Source of the DNA: Escherichia phage MG1
DNA: 5,490 nucleotides
Sequence record: OR702609.1
Strand: one strand, 5' to 3'
Under the pieces are notes generated by a model. The model saw only the letters and a program-made list of their open reading frames with translations. It was not told the origin of the DNA and ran no database searches. The number at the start of each line of letters is the position of its first letter. Within the stretch, counting starts at the first letter, position 1. A program made the position numbers and the translations under genes. Shown here one piece after another: positions 1 through 5,490 of this stretch.

Positions 1-1635
1 ATGTCTGTAGAATTAGTAAAACCACTCGTCGAAGCTGCTGGCATGTCGACACTTACACAATCCCCAAACCTCCGTATCTGGAAACAGGTAAACACTCGCG
101 TAAAATTACTTGAAGAAATTCTTGCTCACTGGACAAACGGAATCCGTCGCTGCCCTGAAACTCAAGACTTCTACATGAACCCAAATTCTCAATTGGCTAC
201 TACTATTGCCTATCGTGCCCATCAAAAAGGACACAACCCAAAACTCATTCAATACCCTGACACATTTACTCTCGACGACATTATTCGCCGTAAACCAATC
301 CCTCAAACTGCCCCTAACGAATTACGCCTCTCTGATGAAATCGGTGAGGATTACCGCCTTACAGTCATCGCCATTGCTGACGAACTGCAAGAATGTTACG
401 ACGTGCTCGAACAACTTGATATTAATAACACTATAGACCACACCCCTAAAGGTAACGCCCATTGGAGTATGCTTTATGATAAACCTGTTAACACCCATTG
501 GTCACAGCTCGTATCTAAACGACCCCTTAAAGATATCCGCGCCGATTACAACTATGCAAAGGCGAAGGGTATTAAGGATGAATGCTCAAAAATGCTTGAG
601 GAATCCACCATGAAATCAAGACGTGGCTTTACCGTTCAAAGATTGATGAATGCTATGCGCCAAGCCCACACTGATGGTTGGTATGTTGTATTCGACACTC
701 TTACTCTGGCCGATGATCGCATACAGGCTTTCTATGATAATCCCAATGCTCTTCGTGACTACTTCCGTGATATTGGTCGTATGGTGCTTGCTGCCGAGGG
801 TCGCTCTGCTAATGACTCACACGCCGACTGCTATCAGTATTTTTGTGTTCCAGAGTATGGCACACAGCACGGTCGTCTACATTTCCATGCAGTGCACCTT
901 ATGCGCACACTTCCTCTGGGTTCTCGTGACCCTAACTTCGGTAAGCTGGTACGCACTAATCGCCAAATAAATAGCTTGCAAAACACTTGGCCTTACGGCT
1001 ACTCTATGCCCATCGCAGTCCGGTACTCGCAAGACGCATTCTCGCGTTCTGGTTGGCTCTGGCCTGTCGACTCAAAGGGTGAACCCCTTAAAGCTACCTC
1101 GTATATGGCTGTCGGCTTCTACGTCGCTAAATACGTCAACAAAAAATCTGATATTGACATGGCCGCAAAAGGCCTAGGGAATAAAGAATGGAACGCATCA
1201 CTCAAGACCAAAATATCTCTCCTACCAACCAAACTATTCAGAATCCGAATGTCCCGCAACTTCGGGATGAAGATGTTATCAATGGCGCACCTGACCGCCG
1301 AAACATTAATCCAACTGACCCAACTGGGCTACGACTCGACCCCGTTCAACAACGTTTTGAAGCAGAACGCCAAGAAAGAGCTGAAATCGAGGCTGGCAAA
1401 AGCATCTGTCGCGACCGTTTTGGCGGCGCAACCTGTAACAACGAATCTGCTAAAATTTATGCGCGATTTGACCCGAACAATCGGAGCGTCCAACCTGCAG
1501 AATTTTATCGCTTCAATGACTCAGAAATTAACACTCATGGATACTTCTGATGAAACCAAAAACTACCTTGCTGCTGCAGGCATTACTACTGCTTGCTTAC
1601 GAATTAAATCGAAGTGGACTGCTGGTGGAAAGTGA
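1..1635 (+). CDS. A: Replication initiation protein A (rolling-circle HUH endonuclease), 544 aa
   Basis: Long ORF from ATG at 1 to TGA at 1633-1635. Strong similarity to phiX174 protein A from about residue 120 onward. HUH motif HFHAVH at 880-897. Paired catalytic tyrosines in [10 protein letters not shown] (Tyr codons 1120-1122 and 1132-1134). Contains the 30-nt origin at 412-441. N-terminal ~100 aa diverge from phiX174. Confidence 0.93.
   Translation: MSVELVKPLVEAAGMSTLTQSPNLRIWKQVNTRVKLLEEILAHWTNGIRRCPETQDFYMNPNSQLATTIAYRAHQKGHNPKLIQYPDTFTLDDIIRRKPIPQTAPNELRLSDEIGEDYRLTVIAIADELQECYDVLEQLDINNTIDHTPKGNAHWSMLYDKPVNTHWSQLVSKRPLKDIRADYNYAKAKGIKDECSKMLEESTMKSRRGFTVQRLMNAMRQAHTDGWYVVFDTLTLADDRIQAFYDNPNALRDYFRDIGRMVLAAEGRSANDSHADCYQYFCVPEYGTQHGRLHFHAVHLMRTLPLGSRDPNFGKLVRTNRQINSLQNTWPYGYSMPIAVRYSQDAFSRSGWLWPVDSKGEPLKATSYMAVGFYVAKYVNKKSDIDMAAKGLGNKEWNASLKTKISLLPTKLFRIRMSRNFGMKMLSMAHLTAETLIQLTQLGYDSTPFNNVLKQNAKKELKSRLAKASVATVLAAQPVTTNLLKFMRDLTRTIGASNLQNFIASMTQKLTLMDTSDETKNYLAAAGITTACLRIKSKWTAGGK
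412..441 (+). other. Viral (+) strand origin of rolling-circle replication; protein A nick site between G418 and A419
   Basis: Exact match to the conserved 30-nt microvirus origin CAACTTGATATTAATAACACTATAGACCAC as I recall it from phiX174/G4, located inside gene A. Confidence 0.85.
610..1635 (+). CDS. A*: Protein A* (in-frame internal initiation within A), 341 aa
   Basis: In-frame ATG at 610 (MKSRRGF...), at the position I recall for phiX174 A*. GAGGA at 598-602, 7 nt upstream. Predicted length 341 aa equals phiX174 A*. Expression not provable from sequence. Confidence 0.6.
   Translation: MKSRRGFTVQRLMNAMRQAHTDGWYVVFDTLTLADDRIQAFYDNPNALRDYFRDIGRMVLAAEGRSANDSHADCYQYFCVPEYGTQHGRLHFHAVHLMRTLPLGSRDPNFGKLVRTNRQINSLQNTWPYGYSMPIAVRYSQDAFSRSGWLWPVDSKGEPLKATSYMAVGFYVAKYVNKKSDIDMAAKGLGNKEWNASLKTKISLLPTKLFRIRMSRNFGMKMLSMAHLTAETLIQLTQLGYDSTPFNNVLKQNAKKELKSRLAKASVATVLAAQPVTTNLLKFMRDLTRTIGASNLQNFIASMTQKLTLMDTSDETKNYLAAAGITTACLRIKSKWTAGGK
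977..1005 (+). promoter_or_regulatory. Candidate promoter pB (inside gene A, upstream of B)
   Basis: TTGCAA at 977-982, 17-nt spacer, TACTCT at 1000-1005 (4/6 to TATAAT). Position is about 185 nt upstream of B, roughly where phiX174 pB lies. Weak hexamers. Confidence 0.25.
1188..1550 (+). CDS. B: Internal scaffolding protein B, 120 aa
   Basis: ORF in an alternative frame wholly inside A. ATG at 1188 with AGGGA about 9 nt upstream. Same length as phiX174 B, with conserved C-terminus ([26 protein letters not shown]). Confidence 0.9.
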   Translation: MERITQDQNISPTNQTIQNPNVPQLRDEDVINGAPDRRNINPTDPTGLRLDPVQQRFEAERQERAEIEAGKSICRDRFGGATCNNESAKIYARFDPNNRSVQPAEFYRFNDSEINTHGYF

Positions 1636-1714
1636 AGAAATTCAATCTTGCGTTAAAGAACTCGAGAGGGTCTTACTTTGCGACCTTTCGGCATCAACTC
1701 GCTATACTCTCTAA
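1550..1714 (+). CDS. K: Protein K, 54 aa
   Basis: Not in the ORF track (short). ATG at 1550 overlaps the B stop (TGATG); ends TAA 1712-1714. Third frame across the A/C junction. Translation [54 protein letters not shown] resembles phiX174 K ([15 protein letters not shown]). Confidence 0.75.
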   Translation: MKPKTTLLLQALLLLAYELNRSGLLVESEEIQSCVKELERVLLCDLSASTRYTL

Positions 1715-1892
1715 GGCTGATGCTCTCGACGAGGAAAAATGGCTTAACATGATGGGCGCTCTTCTTAAGGACTGGTTCCGCTACGAACAACATTTCGTAC
1801 ATGGCAAACGGTCTTTAGTTGACATATTAATCGAACGGGGGTTACTATCCCCCACACAAACAACCCGTAACAACAAAGGAAATACCAAATGA
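1632..1892 (+). CDS. C: Protein C (DNA packaging / stage III replication switch), 86 aa
   Basis: ORF similar to phiX174 C ([49 protein letters not shown]). No in-frame ATG near the 5' end. GTG at 1632 overlaps the A stop (GTGA) exactly where phiX174 has ATGA, and gives 86 aa as in phiX174. An alternative GTG at 1614 would give 92 aa. Confidence 0.8.
   Translation: MKKFNLALKNSRGSYFATFRHQLAILSKADALDEEKWLNMMGALLKDWFRYEQHFVHGKRSLVDILIERGLLSPTQTTRNNKGNTK
1819..1848 (+). promoter_or_regulatory. Candidate promoter pD (inside gene C, upstream of D)
   Basis: Consensus -35 TTGACA at 1819-1824, 18-nt spacer, -10 TACTAT at 1843-1848. Same hexamers and position as I recall for phiX174 pD. Confidence 0.55.
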
Positions 1893-2344
1893 ACTCCAAT
1901 GAATCTGCTGTAGCCTTTCAAACTGCAATCGCTTCTATCAAAATGATTCAAGCCTCATCCGTCCTCGACCTTACCGAAGACGACTTTGAATTTTTAACTG
2001 GTGACCGTGTCTGGATTGCTACCGACCGTTCTCGCGCTCGCCGTGCTGTGGAGGCCTGTGTTTATGGCACACTGGACTTTGTCGGGTATCCTCGCTTTCC
2101 TGCTCCTGTTGAGTTTATTTCTGCTGTTATCGCTTACTACGTTCATCCGGTCAACATCCAGACCGCTTGTCTCATCATGGAAGGAGCCGAATTTACTGAA
2201 AACATCGTCAATGGCGTTGAATCCCCAGTTAAGGCTTCCGAACTCTTCGCTTTCGTTCTCCGTGTCCGCGCTGGCTGTAAAGACGTCCTCGAAGGTGCCG
2301 AAGACAACATCCGCGCTAAACTCCGTGCACAAGGGATCATGTAA
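1889..2344 (+). CDS. D: External scaffolding protein D, 151 aa
   Basis: ATG at 1889 overlaps the C stop (ATGA); AAAGGA 8 nt upstream. Very high similarity to phiX174 D (VLDLTEDDF.FLT, WIATDRSRARR.VEACVYGTLDFVGYPRFPAPVEFI.AVIAYYVHPVNIQTACLIMEGAEFTEN). Confidence 0.95.
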   Translation: MNSNESAVAFQTAIASIKMIQASSVLDLTEDDFEFLTGDRVWIATDRSRARRAVEACVYGTLDFVGYPRFPAPVEFISAVIAYYVHPVNIQTACLIMEGAEFTENIVNGVESPVKASELFAFVLRVRAGCKDVLEGAEDNIRAKLRAQGIM

Positions 2345-2351
2345 TGGCTAA
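2064..2351 (+). CDS. E: Lysis protein E (MraY inhibitor family), 95 aa
   Basis: ORF in the +1 frame inside D. ATG at 2064 with GGAGG at 2050-2054. N-terminal hydrophobic helix MAHWTLSGILAFLLLLSLFLLLSL followed by a basic Ser/Pro-rich tail (RPLVSSWK...), matching phiX174 E architecture. The track ORF begins at an upstream GTG (2001), which I consider an over-extension. Confidence 0.8.
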   Translation: MAHWTLSGILAFLLLLSLFLLLSLTTFIRSTSRPLVSSWKEPNLLKTSSMALNPQLRLPNSSLSFSVSALAVKTSSKVPKTTSALNSVHKGSCNG

Positions 2352-2430
2352 AGGTAAATCTTATCGCCGCGGCTCTGCTGGCAACAAAAAAGGCTCCCGC
2401 CTCTGGTACGTTGGCGGCTCACAATTCTAA
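2344..2430 (+). CDS. J: DNA-binding protein J (small basic core protein), 28 aa
   Basis: Not in the ORF track (short). ATG at 2344 overlaps the D stop (TAATG); AAGGGA about 8 nt upstream. Translation MAKGKSYRRGSAGNKKGSRLWYVGGSQF is highly basic and ends with the conserved RLWYVGG.QF motif of phiX174 J. Confidence 0.88.
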   Translation: MAKGKSYRRGSAGNKKGSRLWYVGGSQF

Positions 2431-2438
2431 TCTCCTAT

Positions 2439-2463
2439 GTGGGACTTCGGCCCCACTCTATTT
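2439..2463 (+). terminator. J-F intergenic stem-loop with UUCG tetraloop (candidate TJ terminator)
   Basis: GTGGG (2439-2443) pairs with CCCAC (2452-2456). An inner C2445:G2450 pair closes a TTCG loop, after an A/C mismatch. Followed by TCTATTT. phiX174 has GGGGCTTCGGCCCC at the same place. Confidence 0.4.
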
Positions 2464-2474
2464 AAGGATACAAA

Positions 2475-3761
2475 ATGTCTAATGTTCAAACTTCTGCCTC
2501 TCGTGATGCAATTGATTTATCACATCTGGTCTTCAACACTGGCGCTATTGGTCGCCTTAAAGTCGCGTCATGGACTCCTGTTGTCGCTGGTGATTCTTTC
2601 CAGCTTGACGCTGTTGGTGCTTTACGCTTATCCCCTCTGCGTCGCGGCCTGGCTATTGACTCAACTGTTGATTACTTCACTTTCTACATTCCACACCGTC
2701 ATATCTATGGCGATGCATGGATTGAATTTATGAAAACTGGCGTTGCTGCCACTTCTCTTAACCCTGTAACTACTGCAGCCTATGTTGACGGCGCTTCTTA
2801 TCTTGGTGTTATTCCTTCTGCTGACAACAAGGTTCCTAAGTTCCTGCATCAAGGCTATCTCAATATTTATAATAATTACTTCAAAGCACCTTGGATGGCT
2901 GACCGTACTGAGGCAAACCCATCTAACTTAAATGATGATGATCGTCGTCATGGCTTCCGCTGCTGTCACTTAAAAAATATTTGGTCTGCGCCTCTTCCTC
3001 CTCAGACGGAAATTACCCGCGCTATGACTACTGGTGCTACTTCCATTGACATCATGGGTCTTCAAGCTGCTTACGCCCAACTTCACACTGACCAAGAACG
3101 TGACTACTTCATGCAACGTTACCGTGACGTAATCTCTTCGTTCGGTGGCAAAACTCACTATGACGCTGACAACCGTCCTCTTTTGCTTATGCGCTCTAAC
3201 TTCTGGGCTTCTGGCTATGACATTGACGGTACTGACCAAACTTCATTAGGTCAATTCTCTGGTCGCGTCCAACAAACTTTCCGCCACTCTGTTCCTCGCT
3301 TCTTCGTACCGGAACATGGCGTTATTATTACTCTTCAACTTGTACGCTTCCCACCTACCTGTACTGAGGAAACTCACTATCTCGTTGGCAAAGGAGCACT
3401 AAACTATACTGACCTCGCGGGTGACCCTACTCTTTACGGTAACTTACCTCCTCGCGAAATCGAAATGAAAACTCTCTTCCGTGGCGCTGCTGGCTCTACT
3501 GAAAAAATCAAAATTGCCGAGGGGCAATGGTATCGCTATCATCCTTCTTACGTTGATGGACAATATCACAACCTCCAAGGCTTCCCGTTCATCCCAAATG
3601 GTCCAACTGGCAACATGGAAAACCGTGTACTGATTGACCATAAAAAATATGACGAATGCTTCCAGTCACTTCAATTAACCCATTGGAATGCTCAAGCTAA
3701 ATACAATGTCACTGTATATCGACACATCCCGACTACTCGTGATAGCATCATGACTTCTTAA
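2475..3761 (+). CDS. F: Major capsid protein F, 428 aa
   Basis: ATG at 2475 with AAGGA about 8 nt upstream. Near-colinear with phiX174 F (MSN.QT, DLSHL, ALRLSPLRRGLAIDSTVD, QGYLNIYNNYFKAPWM, RTEANP, GFRCCHLKNIW, ERDYFMQRY, RDSIMTS). Confidence 0.97.
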   Translation: MSNVQTSASRDAIDLSHLVFNTGAIGRLKVASWTPVVAGDSFQLDAVGALRLSPLRRGLAIDSTVDYFTFYIPHRHIYGDAWIEFMKTGVAATSLNPVTTAAYVDGASYLGVIPSADNKVPKFLHQGYLNIYNNYFKAPWMADRTEANPSNLNDDDRRHGFRCCHLKNIWSAPLPPQTEITRAMTTGATSIDIMGLQAAYAQLHTDQERDYFMQRYRDVISSFGGKTHYDADNRPLLLMRSNFWASGYDIDGTDQTSLGQFSGRVQQTFRHSVPRFFVPEHGVIITLQLVRFPPTCTEETHYLVGKGALNYTDLAGDPTLYGNLPPREIEMKTLFRGAAGSTEKIKIAEGQWYRYHPSYVDGQYHNLQGFPFIPNGPTGNMENRVLIDHKKYDECFQSLQLTHWNAQAKYNVTVYRHIPTTRDSIMTS

Positions 3762-3773
3762 AGCCTATAACGT

Positions 3774-3810
3774 GACAGGGGGAAAAATTTTAATTTTTCG
3801 CCCCCTGTCA
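3774..3810 (+). other. F-G intergenic stem-loop (candidate TF terminator and/or complementary-strand priming site)
   Basis: Perfect 9-bp GC-rich stem: TGACAGGGG (3774-3782) with CCCCTGTCA (3802-3810). It encloses AAAAATTTTAATTTTT, itself self-complementary (AAAAA/TTTTT). The same A/T core occurs in the phiX174 F-G intergenic region. Confidence 0.55.
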
Positions 3811-3860
3811 GGTTGAACAAGCGCAAGCGCGTTAGCTGCCTAACTACAAGGACTACTCAA

Positions 3861-4385
3861 ATGTTTCAGAACTTTGTTACTAAACACAATTCTCCTCAAT
3901 TTACTACTACTATCACAAAGGCCGTCACTCCCGCCGCGTTGGCTCCTGTTATTAATACGCCAACCGCTGCGCGTGGCAATCTCTTTGTGAACCTAACTAC
4001 TACCGCCCTAACTTCTCCGGGCGGTATCTCTGCTGTTGTCGCTATTGACAACTTTTCTCGTACCGACAATCAGGTTATTTCTATTGCTGCCTCTCTTTCT
4101 ACTACTGGCAGTCTAGTACCTGTTCTTTGTCGGTTTGAATCTGCTGCTGTACCAACGGCTATTCCCGCATCTGCGGTTACTTACTATCCGTTGGACTTTA
4201 CATCATCTGCTACCGCTCTGTCCGTCAAGGACTGCGCTACTGTCTCTACTCTTTCTCGCTCTGGCAATCCTGTTTATGTAGGTATTGCCCTTATTGCGAA
4301 ATCATTTACCGCCGGCACTGTATACGGCTCTATCTCAATTAATCAGGTTGACCAAGAAATCACAACTCTGCAACCTCTCAAATAA
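3861..4385 (+). CDS. G: Major spike protein G, 174 aa
   Basis: ATG at 3861 (MFQNFVTKHNS...) aligns with the phiX174 G N-terminus (MFQTFISRHNS); AAGGA about 10 nt upstream. Conserved motifs CRFES..VPT, VKDC.TV, NPVYVG, LQPLK. The track ORF starts at an upstream TTG (3813) that I consider non-genuine. Confidence 0.9.
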   Translation: MFQNFVTKHNSPQFTTTITKAVTPAALAPVINTPTAARGNLFVNLTTTALTSPGGISAVVAIDNFSRTDNQVISIAASLSTTGSLVPVLCRFESAAVPTAIPASAVTYYPLDFTSSATALSVKDCATVSTLSRSGNPVYVGIALIAKSFTAGTVYGSISINQVDQEITTLQPLK

Positions 4386-4394
4386 GGAATCTCT

Positions 4395-5432
4395 ATGTTT
4401 GGTGCAATCGCTGGCGGCATCGCCTCTACTCTTGCTGGCGGTCTAATGTCCAAACTGATGGGCGGCAATAAACAAGCCGCCCCCTCAACTCCCGGACAAG
4501 GCCTCTTCGCTACCCCTGAAGCTACTATCTCTGCTGATAATGCAGGTATTCAATCTGTTATGCAGGGACCCAACCCGCCTGGTCCTGACCAAGCGGCTCC
4601 TTCATTTACCGAATCTGCCGTCTCCTCACTTAAGGATGCTGGCAAAGGACTCCTCGATGGTACTCTACAAGCTGGCGGCTCTGCTGTTCAACAAGCTCTT
4701 CTTAACAAAATTGGCCTCGGTGGCAAATCTGCTTCTGATAAAGGCAAGGATACTAAAGATTACCTTGCTGCTGCGTTCCCCGAGCTCAACCCGTGGGAAC
4801 GCGCTGGCGCTGGTGCTTCCTCTGCTGGTATGGTTGACGCTGGTTTTGAAAACCAAAAACAATTAACCAAGATGCAACTTGACAATCAAGTCAAAATCGC
4901 TAAGATGCAAAACGACACTCAGAAGGATATCGCTGGTATCCAGTCTGCCACATCACGCATGAATACCAAGGACTCTGTATATGCTCAAAACGAAATGCTC
5001 CAATACAACCAAAAGGAATCTATGTCACGTGTTGGCGCTATTCTCGAAAACACAAGCCTCACCAAACAGCAACAAACTTCTGAAATTATGCGGCAAATGC
5101 TTACTCAGGCTCAAACCTCAGGGCAACACTTTACTAACTCTCAAATCCAAGAACTTACTCGAAAAGTCGGTGCTGATATTGATGCTGTTCGTGCTAACAC
5201 TGAACGCACCCATGTAGAAACTGACCGCTCAAAACAGGAAGTCCAAAACTCACGTTACGCATCATCACAGGTCGGTAAAACCGCCAAGGACGTATCAAAT
5301 GTCATTAGTGACGCATCTTCTGGTATTGTTGATTATTTTCGCGGCGTTGATAAAGCTGTGGCTGACACTTGGAACAATTATTGGAAAGATGGTAAAGCCG
5401 ACGGAGTAGGCTCCAACATGTCTCGCAAATAG
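4395..5432 (+). CDS. H: DNA pilot (minor spike) protein H, 345 aa
   Basis: ATG at 4395 with TAAGGA overlapping the G stop. Gly-rich hydrophobic N-terminus [16 protein letters not shown] as in phiX174 H. Long conserved blocks ([83 protein letters not shown]). Confidence 0.95.
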   Translation: MFGAIAGGIASTLAGGLMSKLMGGNKQAAPSTPGQGLFATPEATISADNAGIQSVMQGPNPPGPDQAAPSFTESAVSSLKDAGKGLLDGTLQAGGSAVQQALLNKIGLGGKSASDKGKDTKDYLAAAFPELNPWERAGAGASSAGMVDAGFENQKQLTKMQLDNQVKIAKMQNDTQKDIAGIQSATSRMNTKDSVYAQNEMLQYNQKESMSRVGAILENTSLTKQQQTSEIMRQMLTQAQTSGQHFTNSQIQELTRKVGADIDAVRANTERTHVETDRSKQEVQNSRYASSQVGKTAKDVSNVISDASSGIVDYFRGVDKAVADTWNNYWKDGKADGVGSNMSRK

Positions 5433-5433
5433 C

Positions 5434-5463
5434 TTGACAATCACATCATAAATCCTATCTAAT
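5434..5463 (+). promoter_or_regulatory. Candidate promoter pA (H-A intergenic region)
   Basis: Consensus -35 TTGACA at 5434-5439, immediately after the H stop. Best -10 is TCTAAT at 5458-5463 (5/6) with an 18-nt spacer. phiX174 also has TTGACA just after H. Confidence 0.5.
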
Positions 5464-5485
5464 AGCCTCCATTAACACGGAGGCT
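5464..5485 (+). terminator. H-A intergenic stem-loop (TH-like hairpin carrying the gene A Shine-Dalgarno sequence)
   Basis: AGCCTCC (5464-5470) pairs with GGAGGCT (5479-5485); 8-nt loop ATTAACAC. GGAGG lies in the 3' arm and, if the molecule is circular, 8 nt upstream of the A ATG at 1. Only a 3-nt T run follows, so terminator activity is uncertain. Confidence 0.4.
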
Positions 5486-5490
5486 TTAAC

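Noticed and set aside
106-306. Minus-strand ORF of 66 aa; similar minus-strand ORFs at 1994-2332, 2143-2340, 2661-2852, 2970-3239, 3444-3641 and 4665-4862
   Set aside because: Every recognisable gene is on the + strand, as expected for an ssDNA microvirus whose minus strand is not known to be coding. These ORFs have no plausible RBS and lie antisense to highly conserved genes, so they are most likely chance frames.
206-436. 76-aa + strand ORF inside gene A
   Set aside because: Alternative-frame ORF without RBS or known homologue; overlaps the origin region; likely spurious.
650-970. 106-aa hydrophobic + strand ORF inside gene A in an alternative frame
   Set aside because: No counterpart among known microvirus genes, and no convincing RBS. 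The hydrophobic composition is what a T-rich off-frame reading of this genome produces. It lies upstream of the region where B is encoded.
1154-1186. TTGACA at 1154-1159 as a possible promoter just upstream of B
   Set aside because: No acceptable -10 hexamer at 16-19 nt spacing (nearest ATAAAG is 21 nt away); more likely a chance hexamer within the A coding sequence.
2001-2063. Track start of the E ORF at GTG 2001
   Set aside because: The E-like sequence begins at ATG 2064, which is preceded by GGAGG; the upstream extension has no support.
2437-2733. 98-aa + strand ORF starting in the J-F spacer and overlapping the F start
   Set aside because: Its ATG lies inside the J-F hairpin, it is off-frame relative to the highly conserved capsid gene, and no such gene is known; likely spurious.
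3813-3860. Track start of the G ORF at TTG 3813 (MNKRKRV...)
   Set aside because: The conserved G N-terminus begins at ATG 3861, which has an AAGGA RBS. The upstream extension is a TTG-initiated in-frame run through the intergenic hairpin region.
4540-4866. 108-aa + strand ORF inside gene H; likewise the 78-aa ORF at 4981-5217
   Set aside because: Alternative-frame ORFs within H with no RBS and low-complexity Leu/Lys-rich translations; no known homologues; likely chance ORFs.
1-5490. Search for CRISPR arrays, tRNA/rRNA genes, insertion sequences or long direct repeats
   Set aside because: No repeat-spacer periodicity, no tRNA-like cloverleaf candidates and no terminal inverted repeats were seen; the window is fully accounted for by the microvirus genes and short intergenic spacers.

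Overview
The window reads as a complete, circularly permuted genome of a phiX174-like microvirus (Microviridae, Bullavirinae), linearised at the start codon of gene A. All 11 canonical genes are on the + strand in the order A (with internal A*), B, K, C, D, E, J, F, G, H; B lies inside A, K spans the A/C junction and E lies inside D, each in an alternative frame. The exactly conserved 30-nt viral-strand origin sits inside gene A at 412-441. Short intergenic regions (J-F, F-G, H-A) carry stem-loops and sigma70-like promoter hexamers. The 5490-nt length and 28-aa J protein suggest a G4-like rather than phiX174-proper lineage, but this is inference. Protein comparisons are against phiX174 sequences recalled from memory, not a database search. 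The most unusual point is the E lysis protein, which has Leu rather than Pro at position 21 and carries His3 and Phe19. Minus-strand and additional internal ORFs in the track are judged spurious.
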